64,000 nucleotides of DNA from Carpediemonas membranifera BICM (lineage: Eukaryota > Protista > Fornicata): NCBI GenBank assembly GCA_019828565.1, contig JAHDYR010000050.1, positions 58,512 to 122,511 on the forward strand, read 5' to 3'. Of this stretch, positions 48,934-59,672 are shown one piece after another. The notes beneath the pieces are model-generated. The model was not told where the DNA came from. It ran no database searches and was given only the letters and a program-made list of their open reading frames with translations. The position numbers and the translations under genes are program-made. Each line of letters begins with the position of its first letter. The first letter of the stretch is position 1.

Positions 48934-49476
48934 ATCGGTTTCTTCAGAACGAAATTCTAAAGAAATGTTCGGTGGTAAGTGAGATCACTGCGCATCTAGA
49001 GACAGCAGAAACGTAACCTACAGCCCATATTGATGTGGGCTGGTCTTATCCGGATGTCCAAGGACCTTGATTCGCTCTGGGGTAGTCCCCCCATGACCGT
49101 CAGGCCCGCGAACCGCATCCTGCACGAAGCGGGGATGCAGAGTCTGAAAAGACCCATCTCTCTGTCCGATCTGGATACCCCTGACGATAGATGGAATGAA
49201 TGAAGCTGTAAACATATCCATTGACTCTGAATCTTTTATTTCTCCATCTGCGAGTTAAGCCAGGCCACTGCCTTTCCCGTCAGATATACCTTACGCGTGT
49301 CGTGCACCTTCTTTGTTGCTCTTGCGGCTGAAGCATCAACAGTGGCCTGCTTCAACAAATCTCGGCAGCTAGACTTCGGCGTCTTGGTGCCACGCCGCGT
49401 GCAGGCCCACTCTCTATCGTCCACGGACCCACCGCACACGGCATTCATGATTCCAAGGTCTAATTATTTACTCGAT

Positions 49477-51006
49477 TTATTCCGGCACCTCGTTGAGCAG
49501 GAAATAGTGCACTTTCAGGCGAGCATATCTCACTCTAGACACGCTGCACTTGACCACCTTAGCCACGCCATCGCAGTCACCCACAACATCATACCACTGC
49601 CCTTCTGTGTCGCATAATGCGTACACACGCTCATATGTCTGATAGACAGCTGTTGCCTCAAAGGGCATATCTAGCGTACAATCGTCCTCGCAAATATGGG
49701 TGCAACCAGGAGACACCCAAATCAGCCGCCAGGGGAAAAACAACACCGCCTTTACATTCAAAGGGAATGCAATCGGCGTTGCTGTGAGGCATTTCTCGCG
49801 CTGCTGGTATTCAGGCAGTAGGCCAGACTGGGCGATATGTTGGGGAACCACACCGGCGAACAGGAGTTGACTGCCGCTGAGGAAGACGTTGCAGCGACAG
49901 TCTGCCATGAGCTGGTCGACCCTGAACGGCAGCTTTTCGAAGCCCCGTATACATCTATCGCGTCCAAGTCCCAGCTTATAGTGGCGGTTGAAATCGCTGA
50001 TTACCTGCTGATCGCCCGCGGAGAGGATAACTGTCCCCCCTCCATACATGATCCGATCAGGGATGAAGCCAGTGGGCACAGCGACTGGGTGGAAGACGTA
50101 TCTTCTCAGATCGTCATGAACTGTGAAGCATGCACCGTTTCCAGCCATGACAGTTCCGACTGGGGTGAGGATGAACCTGCGACAAGCCTGCTCCGACACA
50201 TCGATCACCATCCTGTTCTTCTCCCAGGGGGGCAGACTGGCCTCGAGCTCGGCGATATTAGGGCAGCTGGTGAAGGTTAGGCGGGTCGCATTCCAGAGCC
50301 AGTCCAAGCTCCATGCCCACAGACCCTTAGGTGTCCTGGCAAGATGGCTGCAATTGCAACTGTAGACCTCGAGGGCCCTGGGCATCCTGGCTCTAATGAA
50401 GATGGCGAGGTTGTCTGGACGAAGCATGAATAGACGGCCCATGTACATGCGGTGATGGTAGTGTGTGTTCCCATTTGAGAATTGGTAGTACTCGCCGTCC
50501 TTCTCGGCGACGTTCAGTGTGAAGAAGAACTTGCGGCAGAGGAACCGGAGACACTTGCCCTCGGGGGCGAGAGCATTTCGGATGAGGTCCTGGAGGTCTG
50601 GGTTGGCCCCTCCACCCATAAGACACGCCCACACCGCGCCCTGGTTCAGTGTGTGCATGGCTGCCGGGAGCTCATCGCCAGGCGAGAGCTCGACGTTCAT
50701 GGACAGCGGGGGGCCGCTGGTGAGGATCGAGCGGGCGTGATCTAGGAGGACTTGTGCGGTTGGTTCAAGCGGGGGGATCTTGGAGAGCGTGGCGAGGAGG
50801 GATTCGAGAGAAGGGGCGCTCGCTGGTGCAGTAGTGCTCTCTGCGTTGTGGATCGAGGGCATCTCCTCGCCAAAATGCCTGGTGTAGGCGCATTGGAGCA
50901 AGGATGGTACGTCCCCGGAGATACGGGCTGCTACAACTAGCGAGGCGCGGAATACGGAGATAAGGGCTTCTTTGATGGCTGATGGGGAGGAACTAGCACT
51001 GCTCAT
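49477..51006 (-). CDS. Divergent RCC1-like beta-propeller family protein
   Basis: Repeat-like LARTPKGLWAW, FILTPVGTVMAGN and DFNRHYKLGLG (cf. G-N-x2-GQLG); paralog at 1420-3137. Confidence 0.6.
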   Translation of the reverse strand: MSSASSSPSAIKEALISVFRASLVVAARISGDVPSLLQCAYTRHFGEEMPSIHNAESTTAPASAPSLESLLATLSKIPPLEPTAQVLLDHARSILTSGPPLSMNVELSPGDELPAAMHTLNQGAVWACLMGGGANPDLQDLIRNALAPEGKCLRFLCRKFFFTLNVAEKDGEYYQFSNGNTHYHHRMYMGRLFMLRPDNLAIFIRARMPRALEVYSCNCSHLARTPKGLWAWSLDWLWNATRLTFTSCPNIAELEASLPPWEKNRMVIDVSEQACRRFILTPVGTVMAGNGACFTVHDDLRRYVFHPVAVPTGFIPDRIMYGGGTVILSAGDQQVISDFNRHYKLGLGRDRCIRGFEKLPFRVDQLMADCRCNVFLSGSQLLFAGVVPQHIAQSGLLPEYQQREKCLTATPIAFPLNVKAVLFFPWRLIWVSPGCTHICEDDCTLDMPFEATAVYQTYERVYALCDTEGQWYDVVGDCDGVAKVVKCSVSRVRYARLKVHYFLLNEVPE

Positions 51007-51387
51007 CGATTCCAGCGCTCAGTTCGGTGGCGACTTGTTCTCGTTCTTAAACTGCTCAATGAGAAAGGATGACAGCAGAAACGACGTCCTGGAGGACGTC
51101 CTGGTGTTGGGAGGGGGTGTTCTTGAGCACGTGATAGTGGACGGCCTTGTTGGTGGGCGCGGCCCATGAGAAGCACCAGCGCAAGTAAAGCATTTTGCAA
51201 TATATTACTTGCGTTTGCGCTGTCGTTCCTCCGGGCGCACTTCCCCGGCCGCTCTTTGACACGGACATTGCCGTGGGGCCTCCTCCTCGTAGCTGTTTCC
51301 TCCCCGGGTTCTGTAAATGGTGTGTTTTGATTCATCTGTCCCTTTGTTTGTCTCGGCGTTGAACTTTGAAAGCAATAAATGGCTACG

Positions 51388-51627
51388 ATCAAGATATTAT
51401 TGTCCAATGAGGCTCTTTACATCGCCTTCTAGCTCGATATTGATGTTGTTAGTGATTTTCTAGAGTACAGCACCAGTTTCGGTAATAGGGGGACAGACGA
51501 GCGCAAACAACTACATGGCTCCGAACTACACGCGTCTCGGCGTTGATATTGGTTATTAAATGGACTGTTCGTAACATATTGAGGGATTTCGTCACTGTAC
51601 TCAAATGCACAAGTGTGCAGTTTATGC
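51388..51627. repeat. 240-bp direct repeat, copy 1
   Basis: Matches 54657-54896 with a few substitutions. Confidence 0.93.
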
Positions 51628-51708
51628 ATCTGCCGGAATCTCATTTAAGGGAGATAAAAGCGTCCTAAACAACAGGGATCTGTCAGTCATTATCAAACTT
51701 TACTTCTC

Positions 51709-52910
51709 TCACTCAGCCTCGTTGTCCCGCTTCTCCGGAGTAACCAATTGAGCCTTCCTTGTGCCGGGACGGGTGACACCAAAGACTCGGAAGAGTAAGT
51801 CGCTCGTCTGCTCCAAACCCTGGCTTTCCTCAAGCCTCAGAATGTTGTGCCGGATCTTATCTCGGTCCTGGTCTTGAAGATGCCCGAGCTCAGCGTTCAG
51901 CCTGTTATCAAAGGCTTGGCTGAAGATGAGCACGGAATGGGCCAGGGTTAGGGGCACAGCTTGGTGACTTGCAAGCTCGCGGAACTCCTTTGGCCAGAGA
52001 ATGGCGTACTTGATCATTTTGGCGTACTTACGCCGCACATTGTGGGTCTTGATGGAACTCATCTCGTGGATGCGCTTGTAGATGCCATCACATTAGGTGT
52101 TCTTGCCAACGCGCCCAGCCAGTACATCGGCACGTAAACGTTCGGCTGCGGCGTCAAGACGGGCGACCCTACCTCATCGTCGACGGGCATCGCTCCACGC
52201 TTCCCTGCGATCGTGTACAGCTCCAGCTGCCAAGCAATCATGATCCGCAGCATCATCTCGCGTGTTGCACCAGACGTCATTGTCTCTAGCATGAGTTCCA
52301 GGCGGTGTTCATCCATGTAGCCAGACTGAATGACAGTAAGCGTCGTCATAGCACTGGATACTGGCGCGATAATGCCGCCATACCAAGGCTCCTCCTTGAG
52401 CACCGCGGTAACATCGAATGTCTCAAGGGTGAGATCAATCTTGGGCTTCTTCTTCTTGTCCTTCTTGCTCGCCGAAGGCTGCCCCTCACCCTCACCTGAT
52501 GCTTCTTCGCCAGCCTTGCCCACACCCTCGGCCGATGCCTGTCCCTCCCTGGTGATAGAACCATCTACTTGGCAGCTCCGACGTGCGAAGCGCCTCGTAG
52601 ACGGGATTGCTGCTTCTTGTATGTTCTCTGCAGCCACCACAACATCGCTTGTGCTCTCAAGAGGCTTTTGCTTGCGCTCTGTCAGCATCTCGACGACGTT
52701 CTCGTGAACACGGTGCTTCAGAACATCAACAACGCCTTCAGTGCGATACTTAGGCTCAATGCTGAAGTAACAAATCAATGCATGCACGATCTGGCGCTTT
52801 GATCCTTCCATCTCTTCGTCTCTTTCGTTCATTCGGAAACCGTTAAATAAACCATGGAATGGGTGGAACATGCGAGTGATCCAGACCTCAAGCGTGTCTA
52901 CGCACGGCAT
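51709..52910 (-). CDS. Hypothetical protein(s); two abutting ORFs, possibly one frameshifted gene
   Basis: 52059-52910 and 51709-52062 overlap by 4 nt; NLS-like KKDKKKKPK. Confidence 0.5.
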
Positions 52911-52977
52911 CTTGCTGCATAAATGACTGTTTATTGCCCAAATTTTGTGTTGCGGCGTGACCGAATCGAACTAGAAC

Positions 52978-53637
52978 ATGAAGCTCACCAACAAGGCAGA
53001 TACTGTGATTACGGCGGAGGAATACCAGCAATACTACTCCTCTGATGACTTTGAGTCATTTGTTGCGGCCTGTGATGAAGCAGGCATTCGTTCTGCCCAC
53101 AGCACCACGTTCTCCGTCACAGTGGACAAGAATGGCTTCAACAGCGAGCTAGATCTGGCCATGGTGCCTCAGCATGCGCTTATGGGTCCGACAGTGGGCG
53201 ATGGTATCCTTACCAACAAGAGCATCCCCAACGACGCAGTCATTGGCATATACTGCGGCAAGATCATCCCCGAGCCCGAACCTGGTGCAGTCACGACCTA
53301 CGTGACGAGGCTCAAGAAGCCTAACAACTTTGCTGTTGACTCGGCCGGCCTCACGTTCGGCTGTCACAAGATCAACGATGGTGCCGCTTTCTACAACGTC
53401 GTACCGGGGACGGCCTACGTTAATGTGCAGGTGGGGGACCAGAAGAAGCGTCTTCCCGTCATTCTTTACTTGGCGGATCGCGCTATTGCCAAGTTCGAGT
53501 ACCTCTCGATCGAGTATGGCGAGCAGTACTGGCGTGGACGCAAGCCCATGGCCCTCTACCCCTTCTGTCTGGAGAAGATGCTTGCTGAGGCTGAGTATGA
53601 GGAGATCAACGATGTCTTAGACGCCGTTCTCTCCTAA
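52978..53637 (+). CDS. Stand-alone SET-domain lysine methyltransferase-like protein
   Basis: GDGILTNKSIP..IGIYCGKI, CHKIND, ADRAIAKFEYLSIEYGEQYW. Confidence 0.88.
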   Translation: MKLTNKADTVITAEEYQQYYSSDDFESFVAACDEAGIRSAHSTTFSVTVDKNGFNSELDLAMVPQHALMGPTVGDGILTNKSIPNDAVIGIYCGKIIPEPEPGAVTTYVTRLKKPNNFAVDSAGLTFGCHKINDGAAFYNVVPGTAYVNVQVGDQKKRLPVILYLADRAIAKFEYLSIEYGEQYWRGRKPMALYPFCLEKMLAEAEYEEINDVLDAVLS

Positions 53638-53810
53638 CCTAAATTGAGATCCCAACAATTCATTGCTTTCAAAAGTTCAAGGGTCCTTCTACCTGGCCCA
53701 TCATCACTGGGATCCTCGTGCTTGGCGCCCACATCCCCGATGTCACCCAAAAAGATCTAGAATTTTCCGAAAATCGGCTTCCGACAATTTTCATTGATCC
53801 CTGACGCTCG

Positions 53811-54656
53811 ATGGAACTGGATATTGCGTATCAACTGGTTGCTCTGAAGGAGATGAAGTCTATTGAGTCTCTTAAGATCAATTCCATCACGATTCAGAAG
53901 GAAAAGGTCCGGAAAGCTGTCATTCTTGCTTTCGCGCAGTCTCCCGCGGGTAAGAAGTGGGTAACGAGCACACTGAGGCTCTGTGCTGACCGCTACAGCG
54001 CTTCGATCCAGTACAACGTGCAGAGCATGTTGTTTGGCATGAACTCCAACGCCACATTCAACGAGGAGGCAGCAATAGCGACTCTGCGCGTTCATGAGAG
54101 GCTCTTGACCCCGCTACACCAGTCAGTCTTCGCTAACATGGTCAGGGCCAAGCACACGACACCGACTCTAGACGATTTCCTCGATACCGCGTGTGTCTTC
54201 CCGACTTTTACTGAGTTGGATCGCCTTGCCGCATGGGTGGGTGAGCGCAACCCCAGTGTCTGGGTCATCATGACGGAGGCTCGTATTACTGGCGTTTTAG
54301 ATGGTGAGATCTATGAGCCGCTGCTTCGGGCCGTTGCTGACGACGTTGATAGATTCACGTTCGGCAGCCCTGAAAAGTTCCTCCAGTTAACCGACACGAG
54401 CCTTGACTATGCCGTCGAGAGTGTCCAGATCAAGGACTATGCCAATCGTCGCTGCCTTGTCAAGTGGATCGGGTATCCTGTGCCTGTCACCGTTCCGCTG
54501 ACCGATACGTTGCGTGAGCTGGAGGCTGGGGAAACCTCGGGGTTTGTGGGCTTGCGACGGGAGATAACCTTCTCTGGGCGGGGTCGTACAACCGGGGAAA
54601 TTCAGAACAATCTTTTCAGGCGTCGGGAACCCGAGCCTGACGTTTCTGAGGAGTAA
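53811..54656 (+). CDS. Protein with C-terminal chromodomain
   Basis: DYAVESVQ..RCLVKWIGYP..TVPL. Confidence 0.7.
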   Translation: MELDIAYQLVALKEMKSIESLKINSITIQKEKVRKAVILAFAQSPAGKKWVTSTLRLCADRYSASIQYNVQSMLFGMNSNATFNEEAAIATLRVHERLLTPLHQSVFANMVRAKHTTPTLDDFLDTACVFPTFTELDRLAAWVGERNPSVWVIMTEARITGVLDGEIYEPLLRAVADDVDRFTFGSPEKFLQLTDTSLDYAVESVQIKDYANRRCLVKWIGYPVPVTVPLTDTLRELEAGETSGFVGLRREITFSGRGRTTGEIQNNLFRRREPEPDVSEE

Positions 54657-54896
54657 ATCAAGATAATATTGTCCAATGAGGCTCTTTACATCGCCTTCTA
54701 GCTCGATATTGATGTTGTTAGTGATTTTCTAGAGTACAGCACCAGTTTCGGTAATAGGGGGACAGACGAGCGCAAACAACTACATGGCTCCGAACTACAC
54801 GCGTCTCGGCGTTGATATTGGTTATTAAATGCACTGCTGGTAGCATATTGAGGGATTTCGTCACTGTACTCGAATGCACAAGTGTGCAGTTTATGC
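54657..54896. repeat. 240-bp direct repeat, copy 2
   Basis: Matches 51388-51627. Confidence 0.93.
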
Positions 54897-55065
54897 TTTC
54901 TCGGCCAGCCGACGATATTTACCACCACAGACAGCTGCATACAGGCTGTAGACTAGACATATACAGCAGGCTGAGTAATATAGCACCATACCCCCTACAA
55001 ACCGCGAATCAACCTCAAAGTCACATAAACATAAGCGATACGGTCGGTATATCAATCCTTTACTC

Positions 55066-57078
55066 TTACTTCTTCACTGACCATCTCCTCCTCTTCAGCC
55101 CGGGAGGAACCTTGCGCAGAGTGGCGTGTCCCCTTGTCACTTCGACCGCATACTCGATTTCCCACTCGCGACACTGTTGGGCAAAACACGCCAGGGCGCT
55201 CTGGCCGTTTTCGTTGGGCTTAAACGCGACATGTGTCACCTTGCCCTCCTCAGACTTGCTAAAAACGTACATGCCGACGACTGGATCGATCTTTGGGTCA
55301 AAATCCCGGACAACATGGAGGTATGCAACGGACTTTCCAGTCATTGAGCACCAGGCTTCAACAGCCCACTGAGTTAACCACTTCTCCTGCATGATTGGCT
55401 TACCGATGTTGCCCTCCTCCGTGACAGTGTGTACACTGCACACTTCATGGAAAAGTTCGTCCCGGAGACCCTCCTCGGGCCGCCTGTACCCCGGAGTGGC
55501 CCGCCGGTTCATCTCTATCGCTTCCTTGTATATCTGCTCGCGGTAGTTGTCCGCCTTCGTCTCCGCTGCACACTGCTCTTCATTCGTCATCGTCTCCCAG
55601 CTCTTGAACGCATGAGGCTCCGTGACGCCCTCGATCATCATGAGGCAGTGTGTTATACAGTTGCCGTGGGGCAGGGTTTTGTATCTGACCCACTGCTTGC
55701 TCTTCTCCAGCTGATTGGCGACGTCAACTCTAAACTTGACTTCCCTGCTCCTCATCTGCTCGGAAGCTGGGTCGACGTGGTCGACCTGGACATATTCAAC
55801 GTCCGACTCAGCCTCGAATGCCACCTCGTTGTCTGCCTCTTGCTCCTTATCTGCCTCACGCTTCTCCTCTGACTCTGCATTCACCTCTGACTCAGCCATC
55901 TCGTCCTCCTGCTCCTCCTCCTCTGCCTCACCCTCCTCCACTGGCTCCTCTTCCTCCTCTGACTCCTCCTCCGAGTCCTCAGGCCTGGCCTTCTCGGGCG
56001 TGATGATGAGGGCCTTGCGCTTCACAGACATGGAGGCCTCGGGCTCGTTCGTAGCGCGTCGGGGGCAGGAAGTCCTGGAGAGCGTGCCAGACTGTGGCGG
56101 CATGGGGCTGGCGGCGAACGAAACATCGCAGGAAGCAAGGTACCCAACGTCATGCTCATGATGGATACGCCTGCACTCAAGAAAATGGTCTCTTCTCTCG
56201 TCAGTCACCTGCTTCTTCAGCCGCTCGACCTGCTCCTTGAGAGATTGGATCTCCGTCTTCTGGGCAGAGATCAGACTGGCTGTCACGCGACGTACGACTC
56301 GAGCTTCAGCAGGGAGTCTCGTGGTCAACGTCTTCTCGCCAGTAAGCGCCTGAGTATCGATCTGGTCGGCCCAGAGATAGCGCTGAAGCACGTGGTCGGC
56401 GTGATCCTCGCCGGGACAGGGGGCGTTATCCTTGCGGGCCCGCACACGACGAGTACCGCAGATCTCATCGTACACTCGCTCCCATACCACGTCATACTTG
56501 GACTCGCGCGTGTATTCCATCTCCTTTTCCAACTCCTTCCGGTCTTCCTCATCGGCCAGCTTCATCATCTGAACCCGAGTACAATCCCTGATGTCCTCGT
56601 CCTCCTCCTTCGCGAGTTCACACTCAAGCCTAGCGTTTGTCTTCTTTCTAGCCTCACGAATGCTCTTCTTCACCCGAATACGCGCGCTCTCCACCTCGCC
56701 GTCGTACAGGTGCGTGAAGGTATCCCCGCCGAGGACCTGCTTCAGTGTTTTCTTGTGTTCCCCTGTGACCCTTTCACCCTCATTCAATTTCATCGTCGCC
56801 ATAAACTGCGCCTTAAGGTCCTTCTTCATATCTTCCGTCTCCTGGCGCGTGAGGCGGAAGAACGTGGCAATACGCTTGAGATTAACACCTGTGTAAACAA
56901 TTTCGCTCAGTAACGTACGTTCCTTGATCACAGTAGCGAGTAAATCGCGCCTAGGCAGCAAAAGCGCGCGAAGGACGTCGAATTTGCCTTTAGCGCTTGC
57001 AGTTGCATTGATCTTGGTCATTAGCTCCTTCTTATCGAACTCAGTGGCTTCTTCCAGCCAAGTGAACAAGTCTAGCAT
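55066..57078 (-). CDS. Coiled-coil/acidic protein with C-terminal OTU-like cysteine protease (deubiquitinase)
   Basis: KTLPHGNCITHCL (Cys box), YREQI, KWLTQWAVEAW, VTRGHA (His box). Confidence 0.72.
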   Translation of the reverse strand: MLDLFTWLEEATEFDKKELMTKINATASAKGKFDVLRALLLPRRDLLATVIKERTLLSEIVYTGVNLKRIATFFRLTRQETEDMKKDLKAQFMATMKLNEGERVTGEHKKTLKQVLGGDTFTHLYDGEVESARIRVKKSIREARKKTNARLECELAKEEDEDIRDCTRVQMMKLADEEDRKELEKEMEYTRESKYDVVWERVYDEICGTRRVRARKDNAPCPGEDHADHVLQRYLWADQIDTQALTGEKTLTTRLPAEARVVRRVTASLISAQKTEIQSLKEQVERLKKQVTDERRDHFLECRRIHHEHDVGYLASCDVSFAASPMPPQSGTLSRTSCPRRATNEPEASMSVKRKALIITPEKARPEDSEEESEEEEEPVEEGEAEEEEQEDEMAESEVNAESEEKREADKEQEADNEVAFEAESDVEYVQVDHVDPASEQMRSREVKFRVDVANQLEKSKQWVRYKTLPHGNCITHCLMMIEGVTEPHAFKSWETMTNEEQCAAETKADNYREQIYKEAIEMNRRATPGYRRPEEGLRDELFHEVCSVHTVTEEGNIGKPIMQEKWLTQWAVEAWCSMTGKSVAYLHVVRDFDPKIDPVVGMYVFSKSEEGKVTHVAFKPNENGQSALACFAQQCREWEIEYAVEVTRGHATLRKVPPGLKRRRWSVKK

Positions 57079-57824
57079 CGTATATCGCCAAGAGACGTTA
57101 AATGGTTACTAAAAGTTTATGTATATCGCCTGCGGCTTGTCAGAACTCATACCGTGACTACCACCAGCCGTCATCACACCCCTAGCCCTACCCACACGTC
57201 CATTCTCTCCGATGCTGATTAAATCGTCCGGCCAGCGAGCCGGGGCCTTTCGCAAATTTAATATGGCCAAGAGACGTTATCTGCGGCTGAAAAGAGCCCC
57301 ATATAACCCCCTATGAAGTTATACGGAGAAATCATCGCCGATTTTCACGTTTCGGCGAGCTCCGGCCAAGGGGTCCAGGAGTCAGCTTTTGGGGGAAGGT
57401 CTGTGGTGCTATAACGTACCTCGGGACGCACTGTGGAGGCCCCTAGAGTACTCGGTCATGGCATGTCAGACCAAGGGTCCCTCAAATCTGGCCCTATTCA
57501 GGATGCACCCCCTAAATGTTCCGTTGCAAGCGTCTGACGGGCGTTCTCTGGATACCGACCAAGATGGAGGTCACGTGGATCAGGGGATGCGAATTGCGGT
57601 ATTCTGGCTATGCCTGGTACTCTCAAATCATCTATACTGCTCTTTGCTCCATTTATAGTTCATATCGTATGGTCCTGGTGGACTTATAGTTGTTGATGTT
57701 GTTTAGGGATAATTGTTGCTTTAATGATGCTCTGCGCCCGCATACTGATGTTTCTTAGTGTTGTGCACATGCCTACTACGTTAAAGCCGCCAGTATTCTT
57801 TCTATTCTTAAGATCCTCATTTCA
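57041..57824. repeat. Source or sister copy of 40096-40879
   Basis: Direct repeat. Confidence 0.93.
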
Positions 57825-58100
57825 GTCTCGTTGCGAGCATAAAGTGCACATTGTGAAAGGAAATTGGGTGGTTATATAATGGATACAGGGCAGGAAAAGG
57901 TACACGAATGCCGTCCTGAGGTTTGGCATGGGATACTGATCTCATACGTCAAAAATGGGCGGTGGTATTCGAATTTCAGAATTTCGGCATGTCCGAATTC
58001 CGAGGCAAGCGGGTAGGGTGTACAAAACCTGGCCTGGGTCCCTACTGGAGCTAATAGATAACAGTATCACCGTGTATTCGGTTTTCAGAAATATAACTTG

Positions 58101-58298
58101 TGTTGGTATTGCAATTTCAGAATTACTTCCAGTACCGGAGATTGTCTTAGAATTTGGATGTTCATGACTACTTTAAAATTTTAAAAAGTTCCCATGAACC
58201 CACTCCAGCTCAGGATTGCGGATCTGAGCCAAGTTTAGGTCGAATCCAAGTATTTGATAATTTTGTATGTACGAAATTCTGAAATTGCAATACCAACA
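58101..58298. repeat. Perfect 24-bp inverted repeat (58101-58124 / 58275-58298)
   Basis: TGTTGGTATTGCAATTTCAGAATT and its reverse complement. Confidence 0.9.
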
Positions 58299-58311
58299 GA
58301 AAACTCGTGTT

Positions 58312-59508
58312 ATGGAGGTTCTAGCTGCAAATAACGACGATATTGTTAAGCGCTGGTCTGATAGAGTTTCAGTGAAGACGCGTAGTGTGTACAAGAAGCA
58401 CCTGGATGACGTTTTGGCCAGCATTTGCCAGGAAACAGGCGCTGAAATGCAGAAGGGCATCGAGATTGTCCGAAGCGACAACGTTACGACTTATTTGGCG
58501 CATTATTTCGCTACAAAGACGCCTGCTATGGCTAAGAGGATCGTTTCGGCTGTTCAGTCTTTCCGGAACTTCGACTTGCCACACCCCGCGAAGCCGTTGT
58601 CCTGGAAAGAGGAGGAAGAGGTGTCGCCTGCATCAGTTGAGAGTCTCCCCAGCCCGTATGGCGCCATTGCCATTCTGCTCAACCAGACGGGCTGGGAGTA
58701 TTCGTATCTCCAAGGTAATCTCCCCGATGCGATAGACCTTACCTCGTGCCCGAGCTGGATGGGCTTTGGCACGCTCAAATCGGGATTCCCGCAGGCCAGT
58801 GCTGTATCGGAGGCGCTCAAGGTTCAGGGGTTGACGGTTCGCATGCTTCGCTTTGCGCAGCGGATCGACGTGTCCACCGATAGGATGCAGTCTATCGGCA
58901 CGCTAGAGCGCCGCGGCAGACCGCAGGAGAAGCCTCAGAAGGTCATTAAGGACAAGCGCATCAGCCTGACCGATGAGCAGTTCAGGCACCAGTTGGCGTC
59001 CAGTCACTTAACGACCACGCGGCGCCCAACGATCCTCGATCTCAACCCGGAGATCCGAAGCTCTGCCGACCTGGTGCCGCCGATGCTCGATGACTGGCTT
59101 TACAACAGGCTCAAGGCCAGAATGATCGAGCTTCACGATACTAAGAAGAAAGAGAGGCAAAGCGAGGCTGACAAGGAGGCGGAGTTCGGCTCGCCGACTC
59201 GCGAGACAGAGATGCCAGAGGGCGAGAGAGAGGGCGATACTGACTAGGAGGCGGTGTCCGACGAGCCAGCTTACCAGGCAGAGTGGATGCACTACGAGGT
59301 GCCAGCTCGCGAGGAGAGCGAGGAGGGCGCCTTTGGTGAGGAGGTGGACTTATGCAAGAGTGCCGATGAGGAACCAAAGATCGACCACGACGAGCATGGC
59401 GGGGAGGTGGCGGGCAGAGATGGTGATGGGGAGATTCAAGAGAACGTGATTGATGAGGAGCGCTCAGAGAGCGATACTGCCGACAGTATCGTCTTTTCCT
59501 TCATCTGA
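58312..59508 (+). CDS. Degenerate tyrosine-recombinase-like protein with acidic tail (in-frame TAG at 59245-59247)
   Basis: KTRSVYKKHL..VTTYLAH..RIVSAVQSFRNF resembles the integrase core-binding domain. AILLNQTGWEYSYL resembles the LL-TG-R-SE-L box without Arg; LTVRMLR resembles H-x-LR. The frame stays open after the TAG up to 59508. Confidence 0.4.
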
Positions 59509-59672
59509 CATTGTAAAGAGGAAGAGTTTATGATTGGAGCATAGCTGATGTCCATAAACACCATTCATAAGCCAGTCCTGGCTTGTTTTCCACTGCTACT
59601 TCTCTCGTTGCGACGTACAGCTAGCTGTCGCGAAATGCACTTTAAGACCAATTTTCACACAGCTACCTGTGC

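Larger units (their letters stand above)
40885..49428 (-). repeat. Tandem array, ~1233-bp unit x ~6.9, one HEPN gene per unit
   Basis: Start codons at 41537, 42770, 44001, 45234, 46468, 47701 and 48933. Confidence 0.98.

Noticed and set aside
40885-49428. CRISPR-like array
   Set aside because: The units are ~1.2-kb near-identical gene copies with no short repeat and unique spacer structure.
40485-57435. CACTGTG inside the 784-bp repeat as a transposon end
   Set aside because: Homology between the two copies continues on both sides of the heptamer, so it is not a boundary.
18746-59247. Stop-codon reassignment (in-frame TAA at 18746, TAG at 59245)
   Set aside because: Only isolated cases; long ORFs terminate normally at TAA/TAG and contain none internally.
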